Source of the DNA: Candidatus Nomurabacteria bacterium
GTDB taxonomy: Bacteria > Patescibacteriota > Patescibacteriia > HK-STAS-PATE-3
DNA: 64,000 nucleotides
Assembly (NCBI GenBank): GCA_023898465.1
Contig: CP060223.1
Coordinates: forward strand, 480,001 to 544,000
Reading direction: 5' to 3'
Part shown: in pieces, positions 10,527 through 20,581 of the stretch
How the letters are laid out: the number at the start of each line of letters is the position of its first letter
Position numbering within the stretch: the first letter of the stretch is position 1
Notes under the pieces: model-generated
What the model was told of the DNA's origin: nothing
Database searches by the model: none
The model's input: the letters and a program-made list of their open reading frames with translations, nothing else
Program-made: the position numbers and the translations under genes

Positions 10527-11743
10527 GTCGACAGTGAACTTAAGATAACTTTACTGTTTTGCGTTACACCGTCCCGTAAGTAATTTATATCCACTTCAGC
10601 GCCTATAGTCACGGACTGGAGTAATTGCTGCAAGCTGTGGGACTGGTCAATATTTTGACCATTCACGGAGATAATGATGTCGCCGTCTTGTAGACCCGCC
10701 TCGCTGGCCGGCCCACCCTCAACAACTGCTGGGTCAGCCGCGGTCCCTGCCAACAAAAACCCATCATTTCGCTGATTCGTTTGGCTCTCACTTAATCCTA
10801 CTGAGTTATGCAAATCATAACCATGCACACCTAATCGAGTCCGTGTGATAAGTCCTGAACTGGTATAGGCCTGAAGAGCTGTTCGTATATATACAACAGG
10901 GAAAATACGATTTGGATTTTCTTGTTGCAAATATATACCTTGCAGAGAACCGTTTTGATCAACCACAATTGACCCCGGGCTCACCGCCGCTTCTCCACTC
11001 AGCAAAATATCGTGGGATAAGACCTCGCTTGATTCAAGCGAAAGCGGATCACTGTTTATTGATGCATTTGCGCTGACTAACTGCGTACTACGAATTTGCG
11101 GCACTCCAAGTGATCGATTCGCACTTAAAATATATAGCCCTTGCCCGGCGTGCAAATCCGCAGCTACACCAAAGCTCAATACTTGGTATTGCTCTCCGCT
11201 CACTTGACCAAGGCTTAGATCGCTAATTGGATCATAGGCAAGAATACTTACGTCCAACTTTTTTCCTGCATTAGTATATGCGACAACCTGACCACTAATG
11301 GTACTTGCATTAACTTTTCCATCAAAAACAAAGATACCATCAGTGGTAACAAAAGCTCCTGTACCAAGGTACGTGTACTGAGTATCCTCAACTTGATATA
11401 CACTAAGGAGTGATTGAGTCACTCGGTCATAAAGCGCCTGCCTGTCTTGGTCAATCCGATCGGTGCTCCCTGTCTCCCGAATAATAACCTCTCGAGCCTC
11501 ATTTGAGGTTTCTGCGAGACGAATATCTCGCCAAAAAGGCCATTGAGGGTTCTGTTGATATAGACTATTGAGAAGTACCATCCCTACTGCCCCAGATAAC
11601 AAACCAAATAGAACCGTGAAAAGAAGAATAGAAATCCAAGAAACTCGTTTACTTGGTTGCTCAATTGTACTTTGGTTATAAAGCTTCTCAACTGAGGCTT
11701 CTTGGGAATATTTTGGGGATGTGGGAGCGATCTTTGGTTTCAT
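10523..11743 (-). CDS. Membrane-anchored trypsin-fold (HtrA/DegP-like) protein with a C-terminal PDZ domain; the catalytic His and GNSGG Ser motifs appear degenerate
   Basis: N-terminal TM helix. S1C-like core where the expected TNxHV is replaced by FVFDGKV and GNSGGP by GEAAVSPG. PDZ motif DGDIIISVNGQNI. Start overlaps the upstream stop by 4 nt. Confidence 0.5.
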   Translation of the reverse strand: MKPKIAPTSPKYSQEASVEKLYNQSTIEQPSKRVSWISILLFTVLFGLLSGAVGMVLLNSLYQQNPQWPFWRDIRLAETSNEAREVIIRETGSTDRIDQDRQALYDRVTQSLLSVYQVEDTQYTYLGTGAFVTTDGIFVFDGKVNASTISGQVVAYTNAGKKLDVSILAYDPISDLSLGQVSGEQYQVLSFGVAADLHAGQGLYILSANRSLGVPQIRSTQLVSANASINSDPLSLESSEVLSHDILLSGEAAVSPGSIVVDQNGSLQGIYLQQENPNRIFPVVYIRTALQAYTSSGLITRTRLGVHGYDLHNSVGLSESQTNQRNDGFLLAGTAADPAVVEGGPASEAGLQDGDIIISVNGQNIDQSHSLQQLLQSVTIGAEVDINYLRDGVTQNSKVILSSLST

Positions 11744-11753
11744 ACTTGTACAA

Positions 11754-12518
11754 CTAAACCCAGGAGGCGGTTCCTAATATAATCACGAGTAAGATAAATG
11801 ATAACACAAGAGGACGCAGTATCATGTTGCGTTCAATTTTCTCCTTTAATGCAGCCCGATGCATGGCCACCAAGGTGTAGTAAATGATTGTAATAACAGC
11901 TCCATTTACAATGAAATTTGTTGGAAAAAAGCTCATCACGATAAAGACCTCACTGAGCATGATGGAAAAAACAGCAAACCAGCGCCAACCCCGCACATCC
12001 AGGGTCTTTTTTACCCATAACATTTCATAAGAAACGCTCACGACTACTAAAACCCAAAAAGGCAAGAGCATGAACCAGTTAAATCCCAAAAAAACTATCA
12101 TTCCGTAAAGAGAGGCGCTGGCAAAGAACATAACCACTAACGCAAATCCATTTGAAAGGTTTTCTAAAGCAAAGGGTTGATATCTACCCGGCGAGTAGTG
12201 GTAATGAAAGATTTGTCGATAATAAAAACCAAGAGCAAACGGGATGATAATAGTGATGCCCCATCGAATAAATGACGAGGTGATAAACAAGACAATACTT
12301 TGACTACTGAGATATAACCAAAATGGCAGGATAAGAAGTGACCAAAAAGTTAGCGACCTCCACTGCCGTCCAGCTAGCAAATACACACTAAGGATATTCC
12401 ACACCGTGAGAATGGCGCCGATTATCCAAACTAAGCCAGGACGGAGAGTGAGGACAAACATCCCGCTAAGGAAGACTATTGTTGAAAAGGCTGGTAAAAA
12501 TCTAATAAACGCAAGCAT
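11754..12518 (-). CDS. Polytopic integral membrane protein (7-8 TM), unknown function
   Basis: 254 aa, almost entirely hydrophobic helices; tightly packed with the protease genes. Confidence 0.45.
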   Translation of the reverse strand: MLAFIRFLPAFSTIVFLSGMFVLTLRPGLVWIIGAILTVWNILSVYLLAGRQWRSLTFWSLLILPFWLYLSSQSIVLFITSSFIRWGITIIIPFALGFYYRQIFHYHYSPGRYQPFALENLSNGFALVVMFFASASLYGMIVFLGFNWFMLLPFWVLVVVSVSYEMLWVKKTLDVRGWRWFAVFSIMLSEVFIVMSFFPTNFIVNGAVITIIYYTLVAMHRAALKEKIERNMILRPLVLSFILLVIILGTASWV

Positions 12519-12519
12519 G

Positions 12520-13137
12520 CTATATTCTTCCTAAACCATTTGGGTTATAACCGTTTTTTACCTCTTCGCCATCACTAAAACCGTCACCATCGCTATCTTC
12601 TTCAGTCGGATCAGTTTGATATACATACACCTCTAGAAGGTCGTTTAAGCCATCACCATCGGTGTCGCTTTTCTCTGGGTCAGAGCCATATTGCGCCTCT
12701 AGACGATCGAGTAGTCCATCATTATCTGTATCGGTTCGATATGACACCGAGCTATTTACATTACTCGTATTCGTATTTTGATTTACTGCCCTACTGCTTG
12801 ATGTAGCACTCGTCTGAGTTTGCTGGACTTCACTTGCATTTGTTCCTGGTTGACGTTCAGGTAAAATTCGACGGATCGAATCTTGTAATGCATTCGTGGT
12901 GGAATTTGTTGTTGCTTCAGAGTCATCTTTTTTTGGCACGAGTAAAAGAATTCCACCCCCAACTATTACAATCCCGCTGAGAGAAAGGAGTAGCATGGTA
13001 AATACCCGAGGACTCTTGGGCGATATAACTTTCTTAACATCTGGCTCACTAAATGCGACTGGTTCATCAGGCAAACCAGGACTGTTCAGGGTCCCGCGAG
13101 AGTCGTCGTGCTCAAATTCTGAGTTGGTCTCGGGCAT
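12520..13137 (-). CDS. Membrane-anchored protein with a Thr/Asn/Ser-rich linker and C-terminal thrombospondin type-3-like Ca-binding repeats (DxDxDG); paralogue A
   Basis: TM helix LLLSLSGIVIVGGGILLLV; C-terminus DTDNDGLLDRLEAQYGSDPEKSDTDGDGLNDLLEVYVYQTDPTEEDSDGDGFSDGEEVKNGYNPNGLG. Confidence 0.6.
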   Translation of the reverse strand: MPETNSEFEHDDSRGTLNSPGLPDEPVAFSEPDVKKVISPKSPRVFTMLLLSLSGIVIVGGGILLLVPKKDDSEATTNSTTNALQDSIRRILPERQPGTNASEVQQTQTSATSSSRAVNQNTNTSNVNSSVSYRTDTDNDGLLDRLEAQYGSDPEKSDTDGDGLNDLLEVYVYQTDPTEEDSDGDGFSDGEEVKNGYNPNGLGRI

Positions 13138-13143
13138 AGCTCA

Positions 13144-13863
13144 TTAACTCTCGAGTCGACCGGATCCCAGAGGGCTATATCCGTTATTTACCTCTTCACC
13201 ATCCAAATAGCCGTCGCCATCGGAATCAGGGTTCAATGGATCGGTGTTATATATGTACACTTCTTTAAAATCGCCAAGATCGTCTCCATCGCTATCACTT
13301 AGGGTTGGATCAGTACCAAGAGCAGCCTCTTGCGTATCAGTTATGCCATCTCTGTCAGTATCAACGTTGGAATTTGTGTTTTGCGCACTGCTGTTTTGAT
13401 TCGACTGATTTGTACTTGTGTTCGTGTTTGACGTATTTGTAGCCTGATTAGCATTTGAGGTGTTTGTATTTGTGGTAAATTCGGTACCAGTATTCAAATT
13501 ACTCGTATTAGTATTGCTTGTGCGATTTACCACAGTGTTACTTGCCTGATTGCTTACCGTATTGGTCGTTTCTGTATTTACATTAGTATTGGTGTCGCTG
13601 GGTAAAAAGAAGAAGTAATATGCAGCCGCTCCACCCGCTACCACCACCAGGATAACGAGGAGTACCCAAAGCCAAGCCTTAGATCCTTTTTTAGGTGGAG
13701 GCGTTTGTGCCTGCCACTGAGGCTGAGGCGGAGTATTTTGATTTTGTTGCGGAATAAAGGGATTTTGAGGTGCTGGCGGAGGTGTAGCTTGTGGAAAACT
13801 TGGAGCTGCACGCATGCCTTGATCTGGCTGCGCTGTTGGTGTTGACTCTTGGTTCTCAAACAT
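13144..13863 (-). CDS. Paralogue B of the TSP3-repeat anchor protein (Pro/Gln-rich N-terminus, TM helix, TN-rich low-complexity linker, DxDxDG repeats). Start placed at the internal Met MFENQ.
   Basis: C-terminus DTDRDGITDTQEAALGTDPTLSDSDGDDLGDFKEVYIYNTDPLNPDSDGDGYLDGEEVNNGYSPLGSG is a near-duplicate of the neighbouring gene. The ORF-track N-terminal extension is probably spurious. Confidence 0.55.
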   Translation of the reverse strand: MFENQESTPTAQPDQGMRAAPSFPQATPPPAPQNPFIPQQNQNTPPQPQWQAQTPPPKKGSKAWLWVLLVILVVVAGGAAAYYFFFLPSDTNTNVNTETTNTVSNQASNTVVNRTSNTNTSNLNTGTEFTTNTNTSNANQATNTSNTNTSTNQSNQNSSAQNTNSNVDTDRDGITDTQEAALGTDPTLSDSDGDDLGDFKEVYIYNTDPLNPDSDGDGYLDGEEVNNGYSPLGSGRLES

Positions 13864-14032
13864 ACAAATCCCCTTTACATTAATTACAACGCCTTGAGTG
13901 TACCTGATTTTATAAAAAAAGACTAGAGAATAATATCGAGAGATTGTCAACTCTCTACCAAAAAGCCCCAGTTGGTACTGGAGCATGATTGGTATCGCCG
14001 GCTTACTAAGGAATTCGGCGAGAAGTTCTCAA

Positions 14033-14569
14033 CTAATGAAGATTGGTTTGCAACTGAGCCTTTTGTAGGAGCTTCATTGCCTCGCTAGTAATTACCTGCA
14101 CCTTTTCCTCCCCTTTATCAACTATTTTTTGTAGCACTTCAAAGGGGTGTAGCTTGGTAAAGTTTCCTTGCACCACTTTCTTTGTTTGCTTCTGAATTGC
14201 TCGCGGCATAACTTTTACGACATCATTCATCATATGCTGAGGGGAAAAGATATATGCTGCAGTAACCTTACCACTGTGCATAATCGTCTGCAGACTGCTC
14301 TCTAACTGACGGAGAAACTTCACTCGCAAGGAAGCCTCCACATCTTCTCGCACCGCGCCAGAAGCAAGAGTTTTTCCACCTCGGCGTTTGGCAAAATGGC
14401 CCTCCTTATCTGAGTATTCCGGCGCCTCGATTCTATATGAGAGCACGTTTTCTATTGTGCCATTCATTGCCTCATAGAGCTCGAGGGATTTTGTCCCAGT
14501 CACAATAAACAAGGCGCGCTCATTAGTAAACTGAGGCAGTGTTTGCGTAATATGTAATCTTCGTCGCAT
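14033..14569 (-). CDS. Hypothetical protein, possibly eRF1-like (Host_attach/baeRF-like) fold. Start placed at MRRRLH, which has GGAGGA 5 nt upstream.
   Basis: Pattern ...ALFIVTG...YSDKEGHFAKRRGG...VREDVEASLRVKFLRQL...AAYIFSPQHMM...KDLT-like tail. This recalls the host-attachment/bacterial eRF1-like family from memory; not verifiable here. Confidence 0.35.
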   Translation of the reverse strand: MRRRLHITQTLPQFTNERALFIVTGTKSLELYEAMNGTIENVLSYRIEAPEYSDKEGHFAKRRGGKTLASGAVREDVEASLRVKFLRQLESSLQTIMHSGKVTAAYIFSPQHMMNDVVKVMPRAIQKQTKKVVQGNFTKLHPFEVLQKIVDKGEEKVQVITSEAMKLLQKAQLQTNLH

Positions 14570-14776
14570 AGATCCTCCTACATAAGTTAATAGTTTGAAG
14601 CTATCTCTATATGTATTACCTGAGGGCGAAGAGCATTCTTTCACTTCCACAATGGGGATGAAAAAACCGAGGAGGCAGTTGGCGTTCACTCGGATTCCCC
14701 TGGCGCAGCTGGTGCTGTAGTTGCAGTCCTTTGCTGAATAGATTGTATGTTTAGGTTACTCGCCACAAAAGCACAT

Positions 14777-14788
14777 GTCAATATTGAC
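14777..14788. promoter_or_regulatory. Perfect 12-bp palindrome GTCAATATTGAC about 200 nt upstream of the baeRF-like/TSP3 operon and downstream of tRNA-Gln; candidate operator
   Basis: Seen directly in sequence; each half resembles a TTGACA -35 element. Confidence 0.3.
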
Positions 14789-14913
14789 GCTAGGTAAAAA
14801 CTCTTGTGCAATAATATTTTTTAGTTCGGGGAATCGAAAATCGCCTGCGAATGTTACAGCAGCTTCTTTGCTCTATGCAATTTACCCGTCTCAAGAAATA
14901 ATCTTCGCTGCGA

Positions 14914-14987
14914 TGGCTCGGGAGCAGGGACTCGAACCCCGGTTACTAGGGCCAGAACCTAGCGTCCTACCACTAGACGACTCCCGA
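14914..14987 (-). tRNA. tRNA-Gln (anticodon CUG), 74 nt with encoded CCA
   Basis: Manual fold of the reverse complement: acceptor TCGGGAG/CTCCCGA with U1-A72 and G73 (classic bacterial tRNA-Gln identity), D-stem GTCT/GGAC, anticodon stem CTAGG/CCTAG with loop TTCTGGC, T-loop TTCGAGT, 3' CCA. Confidence 0.85.
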
Positions 14988-15047
14988 ATCAACGCAGCGC
15001 GATAATGTACAGATTTCCCCTTATATCGTACAGAATACTACCCTACC

Positions 15048-16673
15048 TTATGCGCTAAAAGCCTGCAAGACCTTGTCCCAAGTGCTATCACCAGTCGAAA
15101 CCTCTGAGCGACTAGGGGCCGCTTTTGCAGGGGCCACGCGATCACTCGTATCAAGACTCACATCATCCAAGCGTTGAGGAATATCATCAGCCCGCGTGTA
15201 CTCTACTCGCTCAACCACCCCTTCAATTTTTAAGTCCTCGCCAGTCAATTCACGAAGTGCTTCAAGAAGCACTGCCCTATTTTTATGCTCAAGCAGCTGG
15301 TCACGATGAAATGGATAAGCTGCTGAAATAGTAAAAACCCCCTCCTCTTTGGCTTTTGGACGACACACTTTTAATACCACGGCCAAGCTATGTGAACTTT
15401 CGCTCACCTTTAACACTAATGACTCCCAGAGCTTTTGTACCCCCACGTCAGCAGGTAAAGAGGCTTTTACGGGTTTTTCTTTTTTTGCCTTAGGAGCTGG
15501 CGCTTCGGTTTTTTCCTCTACTTGAGGGATTTCCTCGGTGGGAGCACTAGGGGTTGAAGGAGGCTCAGGTGGGCTTGGCGGATCTTCAGGTGGACGACTT
15601 ATTGTCTCCCCTCCCTGGGATTGTTCAAGTATAAAAAGCTCTATTGGAAGCTCTGGCACTTGTACATCACGAAGCATGCCTTCCAGCTCCAATAATCCAC
15701 GCAACCAACTAGACAACATGCCTGGTCGTAATTTGGTTGAGAGTTCGGCTATATCACCTTTCTTTGCCTGTTTTTCCGCTGCTGTTTGGATTAAATCTTG
15801 CACCACGCCCAACATATCGAGATAGAACTGCTCAACGCGACTACCCGCCGCTAAGGCCTCACGCAATTCATTCCGTGCTTGCAGTGGATCCGCTTCAGTG
15901 ATTGCGGTAAAAACCTTAATAGCCCGCTCGCGGTCACGTCGAGGCAAAACCATTGCCGCAACCTCTTCAGTTATTTCCTTTTCTTCGAGGGAGAGAAGCT
16001 GACTTAAAAGACTCTCTGCATCGCGAATTGAACCGTCTGCTAAGTGAGCTACCTGCTCTAAGACTGAATCAACAACTTTTACCTTTTCCTTCTTACATAA
16101 ATCCTGCAGTCGATCGAGTAAATCTTCTGCCTCTAGACGGCGAAAATCAAAACGCTGACAACGTGAAATAATAGTTTCCGGAACCCGTTCAATGTCAGTT
16201 GTTGCAAAAATAAATACCACAAACTCAGGTGGCTCTTCAATTATCTTAAGTAGTGCGTTAAATGCTGAGGTCGACAGCATATGCACCTCATCGATAATAA
16301 ACACTTTATACGGAAAAACACTCGGACGAGTGCGTGCGTTTGGAATGATGTTCTCGCGCACATTATCTACCTGGGTATGAGAGGCCGCGTCCATTTCAAT
16401 GACATCCATTGCGCGATTCTCACGAAAGGCCTGACAATTTGCACACTTGGTACACGGCTCAGCTCCTTGGCGCTGTGCACAATTGATCGCCTTTGCAAAA
16501 ATGCGAGCAGTGGTTGTTTTACCAACCCCTCTCGGACCAGTGAACATATAGGCATGGCCAATACGGTCGCTGATGATCTCCCGCTCCAAAGGCAAACGAA
16601 TATGCTTTTGGTTCACTAAATCAGCAAAAGTCTGCGGTCGGTAGGTACGTGATAATGAGGTAGTTCCAGCCAT
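15048..16673 (-). CDS. dnaX: DNA polymerase III subunit gamma/tau
   Basis: N-terminus RPQTFADLVNQKHI...AYMFTGPRGVGKTTTARIFAKAINC (AAA+ clamp-loader Walker A, Zn-module Cys cluster), Pro-rich linker, 541 aa. Confidence 0.9.
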   Translation of the reverse strand: MAGTTSLSRTYRPQTFADLVNQKHIRLPLEREIISDRIGHAYMFTGPRGVGKTTTARIFAKAINCAQRQGAEPCTKCANCQAFRENRAMDVIEMDAASHTQVDNVRENIIPNARTRPSVFPYKVFIIDEVHMLSTSAFNALLKIIEEPPEFVVFIFATTDIERVPETIISRCQRFDFRRLEAEDLLDRLQDLCKKEKVKVVDSVLEQVAHLADGSIRDAESLLSQLLSLEEKEITEEVAAMVLPRRDRERAIKVFTAITEADPLQARNELREALAAGSRVEQFYLDMLGVVQDLIQTAAEKQAKKGDIAELSTKLRPGMLSSWLRGLLELEGMLRDVQVPELPIELFILEQSQGGETISRPPEDPPSPPEPPSTPSAPTEEIPQVEEKTEAPAPKAKKEKPVKASLPADVGVQKLWESLVLKVSESSHSLAVVLKVCRPKAKEEGVFTISAAYPFHRDQLLEHKNRAVLLEALRELTGEDLKIEGVVERVEYTRADDIPQRLDDVSLDTSDRVAPAKAAPSRSEVSTGDSTWDKVLQAFSA

Positions 16674-16742
16674 ACGATATGCAAAAGCTCACCCATTTTA
16701 GCGAAGGTGAAGTGTTTTGACAACGGAGCAGTGCTTTTGGCT

Positions 16743-17360
16743 CTAGACTGGGGAGTCTAGATCGTCTTCTGCCACTTCAGTCGGAAATTCTTCGAGTGGT
16801 GCTACTGGAGTACCGTCGGACTTTTTGATGATATTTTCCACAGCTGCCCACTGGCTATCCTTTTCTTTTGGCACCAAAATAACGATCTCATCGCCTACCT
16901 CGCCTTTAAAATACGTCACACTGGCCAAAAGCACTTTATATGCTCGATTGGCAGCCGCAACCTCGAATTCGCCACTGGTTTCATCGCGCAATAATTGACC
17001 AATGAGTCGTTGTCGCTCAGTTGGGCCAATCTGCTTATACACAAACGAACCATCGGTCATAATAGTGAGTTTAAGGCGATCGCCTTCAACTAGCTTGGAT
17101 TTTGAGGCATAGTTTGCCGGCACCGAGTACTGCTTGCCATCAGGTCCCAGCATATTTTGACCGTCAAAGAGGCCTTCAACTACTTTGGCGCCGTTTTCAA
17201 CAGTCATTTTACCGTTTTGACGAGCCTGAGCTAAGAGGTCGGTATTTGCGCCAACTGCCTCTGTGCCATCATCCTCAAGCATGGCCTTGGCTCTCGCTAG
17301 GCTCTGCTCGGCACTTTCAATCAATTGACGTATGATTTTTGCGTTATTTCCGTTACTCAT
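16743..17360 (-). CDS. Hypothetical soluble protein (start probably the internal Met MSNGNN)
   Basis: ORF only; no recognisable motif. Position between dnaX and a methyltransferase. Confidence 0.35.
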   Translation of the reverse strand: MSNGNNAKIIRQLIESAEQSLARAKAMLEDDGTEAVGANTDLLAQARQNGKMTVENGAKVVEGLFDGQNMLGPDGKQYSVPANYASKSKLVEGDRLKLTIMTDGSFVYKQIGPTERQRLIGQLLRDETSGEFEVAAANRAYKVLLASVTYFKGEVGDEIVILVPKEKDSQWAAVENIIKKSDGTPVAPLEEFPTEVAEDDLDSPV

Positions 17361-17407
17361 TTTGGCTTTCTTTGTGGAAACAGCATAGCAGCCTTTCCCC
17401 CCTGTCG

Positions 17408-17944
17408 TCAACGTATATAGAGGTAGACTGTCCCGCTCTTTGGATCAGGTTTATCAGCCTTTTTTGGAGAAATATTGGGGAAAGGAAAAGCATAGCTTAC
17501 TAAGCGACTTCCCGGTTTTGCCTCGGCTAACCACTTCTTTTCAAGCTTAGCCATGGCTTTTGGAGTAAGAAAACAGGCAATTAGATCGGCTTGATCAAGC
17601 TTCTGATGAAAAAAATCTCGGAAATGCATTTTTGCCTGTGATCGAGCTAAACCGCGCAAACGCCATAACGAGGCAAGGTAAGGAAGAAGCGAAATCTCAA
17701 AACCCTCCGCCCGAGCCTGATATTGCTTTACCGCATGAAGCAAAAAGCGGCCGTCACCGGCTCCCAGGTCCATGACAAGCTCGCCTGGCTGGACATTGCT
17801 TAACTGAAACATCCGCTCAACATCACGTTGACGAGTAGGAAGCCAAGGCGCTGCCCGCAAGCCAGCGAAAGCAGCGCTACCAAGAAATAAAATAAGAAAG
17901 ACAAAGAAGATGAAAATTGGCGATGTGGAAGCGAGGCTTACCAT
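17408..17944 (-). CDS. Class I SAM-dependent methyltransferase with an N-terminal TM anchor
   Basis: Motif I VMDLGAGDGRFL; 178 aa; N-terminal hydrophobic segment. Confidence 0.55.
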   Translation of the reverse strand: MVSLASTSPIFIFFVFLILFLGSAAFAGLRAAPWLPTRQRDVERMFQLSNVQPGELVMDLGAGDGRFLLHAVKQYQARAEGFEISLLPYLASLWRLRGLARSQAKMHFRDFFHQKLDQADLIACFLTPKAMAKLEKKWLAEAKPGSRLVSYAFPFPNISPKKADKPDPKSGTVYLYIR

Positions 17945-17955
17945 ATTAAGGCGAC

Positions 17956-20581
17956 CTATGCTTTACCATTAGCGAACCTTGGCCAAGGCCAAAGAGCACT
18001 ATGATACAAGTAATAAATCCCGTTGCGATAAGCGCAAAACCCACAGTAGACCCGCTCAAAATAAATACTCCATACCAAAGTGGGCTGACGAGACAATTCA
18101 CGGACCTGCTGTGCTGCTAATTCGGGGTTTGATGCGGTCGGCGGCAATGACTGCATATTAAAAGCACGAGCCGCAGTATTCTGTATCAAAAGCTTCACAT
18201 ACGCATTATAGCGCTCAATGTTAATCACATCATACTCATTAAAGACCGGTGAAAACTGTCGAGCAAAAACTTCTGCATCTTCCGCCCACCCGGAAAGCCA
18301 ACAAAGTCCCAACTGTACCCAAGACCGCGTCTCGCATGGTCGACTTACCGTCTTCAATAAGCTGACCTAGATATTGATGCGCAAGTGTTAAGCAGAGTCG
18401 ATACTTACGCGCTTCGGAAAGAATAGTTGCAATTGATGGCGTAATAAAATTTTGAAATTCATCAATGTACAGGTAAAAATCTTTGCGCTCTGTTTCAGGC
18501 AAAGCCGCCCGTGACATTGCGGCCATTTGAAGCTTGGTTACCAGGATAAGCCCAAGCAGATTAGAGTTCACTTCACCGGTCCGTCCCTTGGAGAGGTTCA
18601 CCAAGAGTATTTTTTGTTCATCCATTATTTTCCTAAAGTCAAACCCGGAGTGCGGTTGACCAATGATGTTGCGCATCATGCGGTTTTCTACAAAGCGACC
18701 GACTTTAGAAATAAGATAGCCAAGCATTTCGGACTTGTGGAAGTCTGAAGTCTGTGCCATTTCCTTTTCCCAAAAAGCCCGAACAACCGGATCTTGCACC
18801 TTACTCAACTTATATCGCTGGAAAGTCTTGTCAGTAAACATGCGTGGAATATCAACAATCGTTCCTGGTGCCTCGCGATCAGCCGCTAAAGTAAGCATAA
18901 CGTTACGCATATTATGCTCAAACATCGGGCCAATCATTTCTGGCGGGAAAAGCTTGTAGAAAATGGCAATCATTTCTTGTATAGCAAAGTCGATTTGCTC
19001 TTCTCCCTCAGCATCAAGCATATTCAAGCCAATGGGACGCTCAGTATCAGCCGGCTCAAACAATACCACATCCTTCATGCGTTCTTCTGGTATCGAGCCC
19101 AGTAAATGCTCAACTAAATCACCATGCGGATCAATCACGCAGACACCTTCACCGTTGCGAATATCCTGCTTGGCCATTTCCTGCATTTCAACCGATTTAC
19201 CTGTGCCGGTAATACCAATGATATAGGCATGACGGCGACGATCTTCTCGCGAAATACGTATGGGCGTGCGAGCGCCCCGATAGATATTTGTACCAAGTAA
19301 GAGACCTTCCTGTGGCACATTGACCGGTGGTGGCGCCTTACGAGCACCCAACCAAAGAATATTTGGAGTCTCAATCGTGGCTGAGGGCAGGTGATAAAGA
19401 CTGGCCAATTCCTCAGTATTTAACACATAGCGACGGCCCTCATTAAAACTACGATAAACAAAGTCCCGCACAAAACGAGTTTTAGAAAGGAGGGAGCGTT
19501 GTCGAAATCCATTACCTGATTCTGGTGAGGTGTATTGGGAAAAGGCATTCACCACGGCCTGATGAATCATGCGTGCTCGCGCTAGGGTTTGGGAGGCGGC
19601 AATGACACGTATATTCACATGAAAACCTGATTTAGAAGACTTTACCCCAATAGCCTCCACCTTACTCTGCTCAGCCGGCGTCATTTGATATGGAGTCATT
19701 TCCCGTTCCATCCGCTGCCGTCGATCAGCTTCACTTGTACCAGAGACGCTTGATTGCAAAGTACGGAAAGTGGCGCCCAGCACTGACATAGCACCTGAAT
19801 TACCTTGCCCAACCGGCTTACCATCCTGAATACGTCTGGCAATAGCATGTCCGCTCTTTTGCCAGCTCGTACCTGCCGGACGCAAGACCATTTGAATTGC
19901 CGCGCCTTCATTAGGGTCCAGCTTTGACATCACATTAGTTAATGCGTTCAGTGGATCAGACTCAAGTGTACGGTAGCTGCGTATTGGATAGGCGGAAGCT
20001 TTTGCGAGCGTCAAATAACTTCCCGCCACATAACCCTGCGGAGGGAAAATATTATAGTCAGGCACTTCCTCAATATGCGCCATGGGATATTGCGCTTGTA
20101 CTTGTGATTCGAGGAGCTGCTGCAAGTGTCTCGGTACGGCCATGTAAAACTTTATCAATCCCTTTTGCGCAACAATTTCAAACGCGAGATGATCGGTTCG
20201 GCCATAGAGAAAATTATACCAAGCGTTCGTAAGAATATTTGCGTGCTGTTCAGCCTTGATGCCAGCTAGGTTGGCATAGAGCGTTTCTGCCACGGAGAGG
20301 AGTTCGCGCGGATCACTTGGTTGATGTTCATCTTGCGCCGCCTCTTTAGGCACTGTTACGAGCAGTACTACATGCTCCAAAGCAACTGGCACACGATGCT
20401 TTGCTCGCACATACCAGCGAATTAACCAGAGGGCTAATACAACAACCAGCCCAAAAAGCACTATTGGCCATACTACTTGCACTATAGGTTGCTCAAAAAA
20501 ACTCTGGCTAATATCTTCAACCGAGGGGGTGGCTAAACTTCCACCTGGCCCGCCTATTTGTAATAATGCACCAAAAATCAT
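17956..20581 (-). pseudogene. Type IV secretion coupling-protein-like ATPase (TraD/TraG/VirD4-like DNA-binding-domain ATPase), interrupted by an apparent +1 frameshift near 18281-18292. Either a pseudogene or a sequencing indel.
   Basis: N-terminal TM helix; Walker A HAYIIGITGTGKS; Walker B FYLYIDEFQNF; LTLAHQYLGQL motif. The 780-aa frame ends ...LAFRVGGRCRS*, while the next frame continues ...(G)EDAEVFARQFSPVF... for 125 more residues (ORF 17956..18357). Skipping one nt in gggtgggcgga restores a continuous protein of about 875 aa. Confidence 0.6.

Noticed and set aside
12700-13620. Thr/Asn/Ser-rich nucleotide repeats as a possible CRISPR or tandem repeat array
   Set aside because: They are in frame within the two TSP3-repeat protein genes and encode low-complexity stalk regions. 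No regular repeat-spacer periodicity.
14775-15005. 76-aa + strand ORF from the track
   Set aside because: It overlaps the tRNA-Gln gene and the intergenic operator region, and has no RBS or coding signal. Spurious.
17956-18357. ORF 17956..18357 as an independent 133-aa gene
   Set aside because: Its translation (…EDAEVFARQFSPVF…) continues the conserved C-terminal region of the upstream coupling-protein-like ATPase in the +1 frame, so it is treated as part of that frameshifted gene.
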